Shown here one piece after another: positions 25,102 through 34,529 of a stretch of DNA of 64,000 bases (position 1 is the first letter of the stretch; each line of letters begins with the position of its first letter). Under the pieces are notes generated by a model. The model was not told where the DNA came from, did no database searches, and saw only the letters and a list, made by a program, of their open reading frames with translations. The stretch is taken from positions 29,187 through 93,186 of the forward strand of contig DASRXQ010000029.1 in the NCBI GenBank assembly GCA_035654115.1. Direction: 5' to 3'. Source of the stretch: Saprospiraceae bacterium. GTDB lineage: Bacteria > Bacteroidota > Bacteroidia > Chitinophagales > Saprospiraceae. The position numbers and the translations under genes were made by a program.

Positions 25102-27114
25102 ATGAAAACATTGCTCCCTCTCATTATCATTTTCTGTACGTCATTTACTTTTTCCTACAGCCAGGACACCAAAGTCAAATACGGAAAAGTATCCCCCGCA
25201 GACCTCGCCATGAAAGTCTATACCCCTGATACAGAAGCGGTAGCTGTGGTACTTTCTAAAATAGGATATATGCGGTATGATGTCCTCCAGGAAACATATA
25301 CCGTCACCGAAGACAGGCACGTCGTCATCAAAATACTGACCGAAGCCGGCATCGATGAATTCGGAAACATAGAAATTCCATACTATGCTCATAACAATTA
25401 CTCCAAAGTGGGCAATATCAAAGGAATCGTCCATCTCCCGGATGGAACTGACATCAAGGTGGACAACAGCCAGATCTTCGATGAGGAAACCAACGATTAC
25501 TGGTCAGCAAAAAAAATAGCTTTCCCCGGCCTGGTGAAAGGCGCCATCATCGAATACCAATACACGTACAACCAGAGCAGCATGTTCCAGCCGGTAGACT
25601 GGTTTTTTCAGAGTCACATCCCTATCCGGTATGCAGAGTTGAAAACAAAATTTCCGGATTGGTTCGAATATGTCATTCTTACACAAGGTCTGCCCCTTGA
25701 TAAAAGAGACCGGGATGAAAATCTTGAAACCATCAACTTTACCACTACTACAAGAAGTGAAGGCCTTTCTGTCAGCAATCAAATCAATAATAATTCCGTC
25801 AATGTAAATTTTATCACGAATACGTATGTCAACCAGGCTGTGCCTGCATTGAAGGAAGAATGTTGCATCACCACGATGGAAGATTACTACAGCAGGATTC
25901 GCTACCAGTTGCAATCTATCCAGTATCCAAATCGGGCGAGAGAACCTGTATTGAATTCGTGGGAAAAATTAGCTGCCGAATTATACCAGGTTCCTGAATG
26001 GGGAGAGCAGTTTAAAAATAAACGTCCGGGTTCTTTGGTGCTGGAAGCTGCAGGCATCACCGTCGATACATCTGTCAATCAATTGGTGACCGCACAAAAG
26101 ATCTATGACTATATCAATGCCAACATTCAGTGGAACGACATGCAAAGTTATGGCGCAAGAAAAGATATCGCCTCCATTCTGAAAGCAAAATCCGGTAACA
26201 GCGGCGACCTCAATAAGCTGATGTGCGCAGCATTGACCCAGGCCGGCATCGATGCACAACCCGTATTGGTCAGTACACGTGACAATGGTAAGCCACAGGA
26301 ACTCTATCCATTCATCGATCAGTTCAATCATATGGTAGTCGTCGCCAATATAGAAGGCAAGGATATGTGGTTTGATCTCGGTGATGAACATCTTCCCATA
26401 GGCTTGTTGAGATCAGACGTATTAAATGCAAGAGGCTGGCTCGTAGATGAAAAAGATCCTGTGTGGCTTGACATCATACCACCTACAAGCAATTCAACAT
26501 ACCTGATCAATGGTACTCTCGATAAAGAAGGCAACATAGTCGGGTCCATTGAATCCAGGCATACCGGCTATCATGCGGCAGAACAAAGGACCGACGTGGA
26601 AAATCAGAAAGAAATGTTCGGACAACACCTGTTGATGACGGGTACCACACCTGTAAAGCTTTCAGATTTTGAAATGACAAATAAAAAAGAAACTTCGAAG
26701 CCATTCCAGGTAAAAGCTACTATCAGTAACCAATCGATAGCAACAGCGACCCCGGATAAAATATATCTGAACCCCATTTTTCCAAATGGCCTGGATGAAA
26801 TTCCATTTAAGCTTGTGGAAAGAACGTATCCCATTGAGATGAACTATCCTGAGGAAATCACAATGATCATAAACCTGACACTACCTGAAGGTTATAAAGT
26901 TGAATCTACTCCGGAGCCTATAAAATTTGTCACTGCAAATAACGGGATACTGGCTTCATACAATTCTTCACAAACACCGGGCAAAATAAATGTTACGATG
27001 AAATATGTGCTTAAGCAATTACTTTTTAATCCGGAAGAATATATTGCATTGAAAAACTTCTATATCCAACGCCATCAAAAATTTAATGAACAAATTGTGT
27101 TAACGAAAATCTGA
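25102..27114 (+). CDS. DUF3857 / transglutaminase-like / DUF3858 protein (core Cys replaced by Leu)
   Basis: 670 aa. The N-terminal block is KVKYGKVSPADLAMKVYTPDTEAVAVVL. The central core SGDLNKLMCAAL...FNHMVVV has L where the transglutaminase Cys is expected. Confidence 0.7.
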   Translation: MKTLLPLIIIFCTSFTFSYSQDTKVKYGKVSPADLAMKVYTPDTEAVAVVLSKIGYMRYDVLQETYTVTEDRHVVIKILTEAGIDEFGNIEIPYYAHNNYSKVGNIKGIVHLPDGTDIKVDNSQIFDEETNDYWSAKKIAFPGLVKGAIIEYQYTYNQSSMFQPVDWFFQSHIPIRYAELKTKFPDWFEYVILTQGLPLDKRDRDENLETINFTTTTRSEGLSVSNQINNNSVNVNFITNTYVNQAVPALKEECCITTMEDYYSRIRYQLQSIQYPNRAREPVLNSWEKLAAELYQVPEWGEQFKNKRPGSLVLEAAGITVDTSVNQLVTAQKIYDYINANIQWNDMQSYGARKDIASILKAKSGNSGDLNKLMCAALTQAGIDAQPVLVSTRDNGKPQELYPFIDQFNHMVVVANIEGKDMWFDLGDEHLPIGLLRSDVLNARGWLVDEKDPVWLDIIPPTSNSTYLINGTLDKEGNIVGSIESRHTGYHAAEQRTDVENQKEMFGQHLLMTGTTPVKLSDFEMTNKKETSKPFQVKATISNQSIATATPDKIYLNPIFPNGLDEIPFKLVERTYPIEMNYPEEITMIINLTLPEGYKVESTPEPIKFVTANNGILASYNSSQTPGKINVTMKYVLKQLLFNPEEYIALKNFYIQRHQKFNEQIVLTKI

Positions 27115-29069
27115 TGCGCTTCATGAAATTCGCCCTTGCTGTTTTGATATGCTTCATGACTATTATATTCTCCTTCAGTCAGAATACAAAAGTTAAGTTT
27201 GGAGTCGTGACGCCTGAAGATCTCGCCATGAAGGTGTACACTCCTGATACGGAAGCTGTAGCTGTCATCCTCGCAAAAACAGGATATATCGAATATGACC
27301 CGCTTGCCGGGGCATATCCGCTGACTGAAGAAAAACATTACATCATCAAGATCCTCAAAGAAGCGGGTATCAATAAGTATGGCAACGTAGAGATTAATTA
27401 TTATTCCTACAATAAACGAACTGATGTTTCAGGCATTAAAGCGATGGTCCATCTTCCCGATGGTACTGAAATCAAAATCAGCAATGACCAGGTATTCGAT
27501 GAAAAGAAAAGCGAATTCTGGTCTTCTAAAAAATTTGCTTTTCCAAAACTGATCACCGGGGCTGTCATTGAATATCAATACACCATCCACTCCTATGACA
27601 GATTCCATCCTGTAGATTGGTTTTTCCAGGCCGAGATCCCTATCGTGTATGCAGAACTGGAAACAAAAATTCCGGAAACCTATGATTACGTGGTTTTGAC
27701 CCAGGGCACACTGGTGGATAAAAAAGAAGATGGCGCCAAACCGGGACCCGCAGGTATAAAAAAGCAGGGAATAAAAGTATATATCAATGAAGACGTGCCT
27801 GCATTAAAAAAAGAAAGCTACATCACGACCATGGAAGACTATTATACCCGTATACGCTATCAGCTTCAGTCTGTCCAGTATCCTGGATCACACAGGGAGC
27901 AGATATTGGATACATGGGATAAGCTTGCTCAAGGACTATATGAAATCCCGGAATGGGGAGGACAATTCAAAAATAAACGGCCCGGCGAACTGGTATTGAA
28001 AGCTGCCAATATCACACCCGGAACCGATACCTCTCAAATGGAAACTGCGCAAAAATTATATGATTACATTAATCAGAATTTTCAATGGAATGGAAAATAT
28101 AATATTAGTACGCAAAAAGATATCGTCGCGATACTAAAAGCAATGTCCGGTTCCAGCGGTGATCTCAACAAATTGATGTGTGCCGCCTTGCAGCAAAGTG
28201 GCATCGTTGCAAAACCTGTTCTGATCAGTACGCGGGACCACGGCAAGCCACTGGAATTATATCCGTTCACAGACCAGTTTAATCACATGGCGGTCCTTGC
28301 AACTATTGATGAAAAGGATTACTGGCTGGATATGGGTGATAAAAATCTTCCTCTGGGTGCTTTAAGAAAAAATGCATTGAATACGAGAGGATGGATAGCA
28401 GATGAAAAAAATCCTTCATGGACTGATATCGTTCCTGTCAACAGCAAATCCGTTTTCGTCATCAAAGGAAGCCTGGATGAAAATGGTAATCTCAATGGTG
28501 CCATCGAAACACGCTTCACCGGGTATCACGCAATGGATAAAAGAAATATGCTGGATGAGAAAAAAGAATTTGGCGACCACCTTATGGTTAGCGGTTCGTC
28601 TCCGATAAAAGTATCAGGCCTGGAAATCATCCATGCAAATGATGTCTCACAGCCTCTTCAGATAAAGGCAAATGTTGTGGATCAATCCATCGGAACTGCA
28701 ACACCTGACAAAATATACCTGAATCCAATATTTCCGGAAGGTCTTGATGAAATTCCTTTCAGGCTTGAGAAAAGGACATATCCTATAGAGATGAACTACC
28801 CTTCTGAAGTTTCCATGATGTTAAATGTAGCTTTACCGGAAGGATATACTATAGAATCCCTGCCATCACCAATTCGGTTTGCGAACAGTACCGGTGGCAT
28901 CCATGTAATTTATGATGCCGCTCTTGTGGCTGATAAATTAAATATCACCATTAAATACGTAGTCAAGCAAACTTATTTCGAACCCGAAGAGTATACAACA
29001 TTGAAATCTATTTTTAATAAACGAAAGGAAAAGTTTAATGAGCAAATCGTATTGACAAAAACCAAATGA
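27114..29069 (+). CDS. DUF3857 / transglutaminase-like / DUF3858 protein, close paralog (core Cys replaced by Leu)
   Basis: It shares a TGATG stop/start overlap with the upstream gene. It is colinear with and highly similar to 25102-27114. The core is SGDLNKLMCAAL...FNHMAVL. Confidence 0.7.
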   Translation: MRFMKFALAVLICFMTIIFSFSQNTKVKFGVVTPEDLAMKVYTPDTEAVAVILAKTGYIEYDPLAGAYPLTEEKHYIIKILKEAGINKYGNVEINYYSYNKRTDVSGIKAMVHLPDGTEIKISNDQVFDEKKSEFWSSKKFAFPKLITGAVIEYQYTIHSYDRFHPVDWFFQAEIPIVYAELETKIPETYDYVVLTQGTLVDKKEDGAKPGPAGIKKQGIKVYINEDVPALKKESYITTMEDYYTRIRYQLQSVQYPGSHREQILDTWDKLAQGLYEIPEWGGQFKNKRPGELVLKAANITPGTDTSQMETAQKLYDYINQNFQWNGKYNISTQKDIVAILKAMSGSSGDLNKLMCAALQQSGIVAKPVLISTRDHGKPLELYPFTDQFNHMAVLATIDEKDYWLDMGDKNLPLGALRKNALNTRGWIADEKNPSWTDIVPVNSKSVFVIKGSLDENGNLNGAIETRFTGYHAMDKRNMLDEKKEFGDHLMVSGSSPIKVSGLEIIHANDVSQPLQIKANVVDQSIGTATPDKIYLNPIFPEGLDEIPFRLEKRTYPIEMNYPSEVSMMLNVALPEGYTIESLPSPIRFANSTGGIHVIYDAALVADKLNITIKYVVKQTYFEPEEYTTLKSIFNKRKEKFNEQIVLTKTK

Positions 29070-30967
29070 CAAGCTACATTAAAAAATATTTTTGGCTCAT
29101 TGCTATATGCTGGCCTGTAGTGATATGGAGCCAGGACAAGCCCCAGTATTCAGTATTGCTGATCGATACTGCATTGCTTAAAAATGCGCAGGCAGTCATA
29201 CGTTTCGAAGAAACACATTATATCATAGAATCTCCACGGGAATATATACAGCAAGGTTTCACAGCGGTAAGTATTTTCAATGAAGATGCAAGTGCTTCTT
29301 ACATCAGCATTCCATATGATAAATACAATAAAGCTGAACTAACCAATATCGTCTTATATGATGCATGGGGCAATGTGCTGAGAAAAGTAAAAAAATCAGA
29401 GCTAACTGATCATGCCAGGTATAGCGATATCACTTTTCTGAGTGATGACCGGTTTATAGGATTCAGATCATTTGGAGGTCAGCTCCCTTATACGTTAGAA
29501 TATGAATGGAAAATAACCCATGCGCAAACGATGACCTATCCTGCCTGGAGACCACTGAGTAATGGTGAATCTGTAGAAAAATCCATTTTCGTACTTGAAA
29601 CACCGTCCGATCTTGTCGTCCATACAAAAATATTGAATAATGCTTTTGAATATGTTGAAACATTCCGGGAAGGAATACGATTGCAAACATGGACATTACT
29701 AAAGAAGGGTGCACTTCAACGTGAAGCCTCAGGACCGTCGGCGTATGATTTATTTCCCATGCTGCTGATGACGCCATCTACATTCCAGGTAGAAGATTAT
29801 TCGGGCAGCATGACTGACTGGAAATCATTTGGTGCATTTCTTTACACCTTAAATAAGGATAAGGAAAAGATGCCCCCGGAGATGATTGATCTTATCCATC
29901 AGATGACTGCACATTTCGATACGCCGAAAGAAAAGATTGACACACTCTATCATTGGCTTCAGAAAAATATGAGATATGTAAGTGTGCAGCTGGGTGTAGG
30001 TGGCTGGCAATCTTTTGATGCCGCTTATGTTGAAAAAAACAGGTATGGGGATTGCAAGGCATTATCGACTTTCATGAAAGGTATGCTTAGGGAAATTGGA
30101 ATTGAATCATTCCAGGTAATCATCAAATGGGATGAAGAAGAGGCTTTATTTGCGGATGATTTTATGTACTCTGATTTCAATCACATGATGGTGCATATCC
30201 CATCAGAAAATATGTGGCTGGAATGTACCAGCAATTACCTGCCAACAGGTTTTATTGACAGGGATGAAGAGAATAAAAAAGTTTTACTGATCACTCCCGA
30301 AGGTGGAAAAATAAGCCGAACTCCTTCCTCACCTGATTCTCTAAACAGGATAACTACTACTGACACTATTTTCACAGGCCAGCCGGTTATATTAAAAGGA
30401 AGAGCAGAATATCGTGGAAACCTTCAGCGAAGAATTAGAAGCTTATTTTATTATTCGTCGCAAGAAGAGCAACGAAAATCTTTCCTTGAACATTTTCATT
30501 TACAAATTCAGAAGCTTGATCATTTACATATTTCTTCTTCAACATCAGGCTTATCGTCGGCGATGGATTACAATGCCACGCTTAGTCAATTTGGTTCTGC
30601 ATCGGGTATCCGGTATTTCATTCCTGTAAATTCGATTCAGCCTCCTCGAAACTCCTGTACCGGGAATACGGATCGAAAAACAGATTTTATTTCAAGGGAT
30701 GATTTCACAGAAACAAATGATATTTATATTTCTATACCTCCAGGCTATGAGATAGAATATTTGCCTGCAAAATCTGCATTTGAATTCCGGGGCAATCAAT
30801 ATGCGGTGGAATTAATGGTAGAGAATAAATTCATCCATGTCCATCATCAGGTCACAGAATCCCCGATGCGATTAACCCCGGCGGAATACATGGGTTTGTG
30901 TAATTATTATACATCAGTTGCAAAATCGAATGGCCAGATGATTGTTTTGAAAAAATCGAAGACGTAG
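29066..30967 (+). CDS. DUF3857 / transglutaminase-like / DUF3858 protein, diverged paralog that keeps the GDC core
   Basis: It shares an ATGA overlap with the upstream gene. The core is RYGDCKALSTFMKGMLREIGIE...FNHMMVHI...WLE. Confidence 0.7.
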   Translation: MTSYIKKYFWLIAICWPVVIWSQDKPQYSVLLIDTALLKNAQAVIRFEETHYIIESPREYIQQGFTAVSIFNEDASASYISIPYDKYNKAELTNIVLYDAWGNVLRKVKKSELTDHARYSDITFLSDDRFIGFRSFGGQLPYTLEYEWKITHAQTMTYPAWRPLSNGESVEKSIFVLETPSDLVVHTKILNNAFEYVETFREGIRLQTWTLLKKGALQREASGPSAYDLFPMLLMTPSTFQVEDYSGSMTDWKSFGAFLYTLNKDKEKMPPEMIDLIHQMTAHFDTPKEKIDTLYHWLQKNMRYVSVQLGVGGWQSFDAAYVEKNRYGDCKALSTFMKGMLREIGIESFQVIIKWDEEEALFADDFMYSDFNHMMVHIPSENMWLECTSNYLPTGFIDRDEENKKVLLITPEGGKISRTPSSPDSLNRITTTDTIFTGQPVILKGRAEYRGNLQRRIRSLFYYSSQEEQRKSFLEHFHLQIQKLDHLHISSSTSGLSSAMDYNATLSQFGSASGIRYFIPVNSIQPPRNSCTGNTDRKTDFISRDDFTETNDIYISIPPGYEIEYLPAKSAFEFRGNQYAVELMVENKFIHVHHQVTESPMRLTPAEYMGLCNYYTSVAKSNGQMIVLKKSKT

Positions 30968-31114
30968 CGCTGTTTTGCCCCTTTATCCCCTAAAGGGGAA
31001 CTTGAAAAATTACCCTGAGCGCTTAGATATTACAACAGGAGATTGATTTTTAATTGCGACCACCTCGCTTCGCATTGGCGTCGCCACAAAAAAAGGTGGG
31101 GAGACATTTGCTTT

Positions 31115-31356
31115 CTACAGAGATTTCGCTCCTAAGGAGCTTTGAACACACTTCCTGAAAAATATCCTTGTTCATTTTTGTTTCTGCGAATACAAAGCTC
31201 ACAATTTGAATGTAACAATAGTCGATAAAGCTCCGTAGGAGCGGAATATCTGTAGAAACAGAATGAGCAAATAGTTTTTTTGAGCTCCATCGGAGCGGAA
31301 TATCTGTAACAACGAATCACGAAGGGAATGTTGAGCTCCATCGGAGCGGAATATTC
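31115..31356. repeat. REP-like array: four copies of a GCTCC-N3-GGAGC hairpin plus GGAATATCTGTA tail (one inverted, three direct at a 51-54-nt period)
   Basis: The copies are ctacagagatttcgctcctaaggagcttt (31115-31143, inverted), aaagctccgtaggagcggaatatctgtag (31228-31256), gagctccatcggagcggaatatctgtaac (31282-31310) and gagctccatcggagcggaatattc (31333-31356). Confidence 0.85.
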
Positions 31357-31364
31357 AAGCACAC

Positions 31365-32660
31365 CTATATCCTTGAATAAAATTTCCTCAAAGGCAAAAC
31401 AACATTATACCTGTTCTCCCGGAAATGAAAGTATGCCACCATCATCAGAGATATAAACATAAACAAGCTTACAAGGTAAGGACCAAAAGAAAATATATCT
31501 TTTAATTTAAACCAATCTCCCCCGCTATAAATTATTATCGCTATCACCAATAAAAACCGTATCACTTCCGCCATAAACGCATAAGGTGCTTTATCCAATA
31601 ATGATGTAATACTGAATACCGATACCATTAAAAATAATCCATAGATTAACACTCCAGGGAATCCTATCGATGCAAAATCCATGAATAAATACATTGTAAA
31701 TACGAGCAATGCAATAAGCTGGAACCATGCATATGACAATAATTTCTTAGAAATAAATGTGTCATACTTAGTTAACCTGTATACATCTTCCACTACCTGG
31801 ACCGGGTGCGTAACTTTTACATCCTCAGGCCTCCAGCCAGTGGGCATAAACCATATCCTGATCTTATCCCACCAACGTGATGTATGCCATGCATCATTCA
31901 GGATAAGCCAGTTGTGCCTGAAATTGATCAGGAACGGATTCCATGTTTGCACAGGTCGTTTCACACCATACACGGCAGGTACTTCTTCCAGCTCAGGTTG
32001 AAATGTGCCGAACATCTTATCCCAGATGATGAATATCTGGCTGAAATTTTTATCCATATACTCCGGATTGATCGCATGATGAACGCGGTGATGCGAAGGT
32101 GTCACGATGATGTATTCCAGGATCCCCATCTTATGGATCAGGCGGGTATGATACCAGAACTGAGCAAACAGTTGAATGGGTGCGATGACAGCAATCACTT
32201 CCGTTGGTACACCAAGTAAAGCAGCAGGCAGAAGAAATAAGGAAACAAAAGAAAACACTTCCGAGATGCTTTGCCGCAATGCGCATGACAGATTATATTC
32301 TTCGCTGCTGTGGTGGATGATATGGCGGTTCCACATAAAATTGATTGTATGTTCCAACCGATGGATCCAGTACCCGGCGAAATCTTTTGCCACAAACGCA
32401 ATGACATAGACATACCATACATTGCTGATATGAAATATGGCAACCTTGTTGACCAGCCATGCATAACTCACGATGGCAATCGACAAGCCAAGGACATCTT
32501 TCACAATATTGGTAATCCCGGAACCCAGGCTTGAGATTATATCCGCACCTCGATTGATCTTAATTCCCATGCGCCAGGATATCAAAGCTTCAATCCCTAT
32601 CAGGGCAAGAAAAATCGGGATGGCATAGGTAAGTGCGAGGGCGTAGGCTTCCATGATCAA
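31365..32660 (-). CDS. Fatty acid hydroxylase / sterol desaturase superfamily membrane protein with an extra C-terminal multi-TM region
   Basis: It has the His boxes HRLEH, HIIHHSSEEYN and HHRVHH, and about 150 C-terminal residues with further TM helices. Confidence 0.75.
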   Translation of the reverse strand: MIMEAYALALTYAIPIFLALIGIEALISWRMGIKINRGADIISSLGSGITNIVKDVLGLSIAIVSYAWLVNKVAIFHISNVWYVYVIAFVAKDFAGYWIHRLEHTINFMWNRHIIHHSSEEYNLSCALRQSISEVFSFVSLFLLPAALLGVPTEVIAVIAPIQLFAQFWYHTRLIHKMGILEYIIVTPSHHRVHHAINPEYMDKNFSQIFIIWDKMFGTFQPELEEVPAVYGVKRPVQTWNPFLINFRHNWLILNDAWHTSRWWDKIRIWFMPTGWRPEDVKVTHPVQVVEDVYRLTKYDTFISKKLLSYAWFQLIALLVFTMYLFMDFASIGFPGVLIYGLFLMVSVFSITSLLDKAPYAFMAEVIRFLLVIAIIIYSGGDWFKLKDIFSFGPYLVSLFMFISLMMVAYFHFRENRYNVVLPLRKFYSRI

Positions 32661-32673
32661 TAAAGATAAAAAA

Positions 32674-32867
32674 GGATGCTGGATTAAAGGATGCCGGATT
32701 CCGGACTCTAGACGTAGACGATTTTAGATGGTTGCTTAGCTGTAGCACGAGGATGAGTGAAGCAGGTCAAAGCATTCGATTTATTTTTTCGCAATTAAGG
32801 AGACGCGATGCTTCGACTTGCTAATTCACTGCCTTGGGCTACAGCTCAGCAACAAAATCGACGTCTC
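32674..32867. repeat. Second copy of the GGATGCC-heptamer arm, followed by a nested imperfect hairpin of about 150 nt
   Basis: ggatgctggattaaaggatgccggattccggactc (32674-32708) closely matches 19414-19448. gacgattttagatggttgcttagctgtagc (32717-32746) pairs with gctacagctcagcaacaaaatcgacgtc (32838-32865). The inner pair is agcaggtcaaagcat (32761-32775) with atgcttcgacttgct (32808-32822). Confidence 0.75.
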
Positions 32868-32884
32868 AACAACCAATCAATTAT

Positions 32885-32933
32885 TACTCACGTTTCACGC
32901 CTCACGCCTCACGTTTTCACCACTCACTATTCA
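32885..32933. repeat. 7-nt-period array (CTCACGY/TTCACGC/TCACTAT) abutting the gltA stop codon
   Basis: The sense (minus) strand reads TAG tgaatag tgagtgg tgaaaac gtgaggc gtgaggc gtgaaac gtgagta. Confidence 0.85.
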
Positions 32934-34259
32934 CTATTTGTCTTTTCTCGCTTCCACCCAGTTTTTCATCCATTCATACGTGAGTGACTTGGGTCGTTCA
33001 AGAGGCAGACTAAGGATGCGGCTCCAGCAAGTGGAAGCTAATACTCCGAGTGCACGGGAGACAGCGAAGAGTACTGTGTAATAATTATGTTCCTTCAATC
33101 CATAATGGACGAGGATGGCTCCTGAATGTGCATCTACATTGGGCCATGGGTTTGCAACTTTACCAAGAGAGCCAAGGATTTTAGGTGCGACTTCAAAAAC
33201 TTTCCAGACAATATTTACAATATCATCATCGGGCATATGTTGTTGCGCAAATGCCTGTTGTGCAAGAAACCTGGGATCCGGTTTGCGCAAAACAGCATGA
33301 CCATATCCGGGGATCACTTTGCCTTGTGCGAGGGTTTCGTTGATGTATTGGCCTATTTGTTCAGTGGTTGGTTTTGATGTGCCCAGGTGATCGACCATTT
33401 CAAAGATCCATTTGATCACTTCCTGGTTAGCCAATCCATGTAGAGGGCCGGCAAGTGCATTTACGCCTGATACAAAAGAATAATATACATCGCTCAGTGT
33501 CGAACTGGCCAGGTGTACTGCATGTGCACTTGCATTTCCTCCTTCGTGATCGGCATGAAGTGTCATGTAGAGACGCATCAGACTTTCAAAGTTGGGGTCA
33601 TCGGTGACACCCAGCATGTGTGCATAGTTAGCTGACCAGTCAAGGTTATCATCCGGGGAGATATGTTCATTATTCTTAAATGTCCGCCGATAGATGTATG
33701 CTGCAACCTGTGGAAGACACGCGATGAGATTCATAGAGTCTTCATATGTGGCATCCCAGTAATCACGTTTATTCATCCCTTCAGAATATCGCCGTGAAAA
33801 CTCGCTTTTAGCCTGCAGGGATAAAACAGCGATCCCCAATTGTGTCATTGGGTGGGTGTCGGGATCAAGACTGTCGAGAACCTTCCAGGTTCCTTCGGGA
33901 ATCTGTCGTCTCCGCTCCCATTCGTTGCTGAGCCAGTTGACTTCTTCTTCAGTAGGTATATCGTCGGTAAGCATTAGCCAGAACAGGCCTTCTGGCAATG
34001 GTTCGCCTCCACGGGAGGGTAGTTTTGTTTTAAGTTCCGGGATTGAATAGCCCCTGAACCGGATGCCTTCATTTGAATCCAGTAAGGAGGTTTCCCAGAG
34101 CATGCTTTTGATGCCTCTCATTCCGCCGAAGACCTGGCCGATCGTGACCTGATCGATGATGGTTTCATCATGCTCTTTCATGAATGGCTTCATTTCCGCG
34201 ATGGAAGCCATGGCTTTCTCGTAAAATTTTGATTTCAGTCTGTCCATGGGAGTGGTCAA
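32934..34259 (-). CDS. gltA: Citrate synthase
   Basis: 441 aa with the signature GYGHAVLRKPDPR and conserved His/Asp context (LHADHEGGN). Confidence 0.93.
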   Translation of the reverse strand: MTTPMDRLKSKFYEKAMASIAEMKPFMKEHDETIIDQVTIGQVFGGMRGIKSMLWETSLLDSNEGIRFRGYSIPELKTKLPSRGGEPLPEGLFWLMLTDDIPTEEEVNWLSNEWERRRQIPEGTWKVLDSLDPDTHPMTQLGIAVLSLQAKSEFSRRYSEGMNKRDYWDATYEDSMNLIACLPQVAAYIYRRTFKNNEHISPDDNLDWSANYAHMLGVTDDPNFESLMRLYMTLHADHEGGNASAHAVHLASSTLSDVYYSFVSGVNALAGPLHGLANQEVIKWIFEMVDHLGTSKPTTEQIGQYINETLAQGKVIPGYGHAVLRKPDPRFLAQQAFAQQHMPDDDIVNIVWKVFEVAPKILGSLGKVANPWPNVDAHSGAILVHYGLKEHNYYTVLFAVSRALGVLASTCWSRILSLPLERPKSLTYEWMKNWVEARKDK

Positions 34260-34295
34260 GAGTAATGTAAAATTCTGTTTCGCTAAGGTAGTACT

Positions 34296-34330
34296 GATTT
34301 TGGATTTAAGATTTTAGATTTTGGATAGAA
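34296..34330. repeat. 7-nt-period array GATTTTG/GATTTAA/GATTTTA upstream of gltA
   Basis: Reads gattttg gatttaa gatttta gattttg gatagaa. Confidence 0.8.
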
Positions 34331-34529
34331 AAGGGCATTTAAAGTCATGAAAACAGGGATTATTTTTTCTGAAATAATTGGAAGAATCTAATAACCAAGG
34401 CGTTTTTAAGCATTTCATTTAGGCAAAATGCGAAATGATTTTTCACTCAGAGCTGATGACTCCTTCAAGGGATTTTCTTCCATAATCCCCAATAAGTTGT
34501 AAGTCGGCATTCATGAATACCTTTGTATC

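Noticed and set aside
31115-31356. Possible miniature CRISPR array (regularly spaced repeats of about 28 nt)
   Set aside because: There are only three direct units plus one inverted copy. The spacers are about 25 nt, the repeats are strongly palindromic REP-like hairpins, and there are no cas genes in the window.
31132-31362. 76-aa minus-strand ORF (…YRYSAPMEL…YRYSAPTEL…)
   Set aside because: It is simply the translation of the hairpin repeat array. The periodic peptide motif mirrors the DNA repeat.
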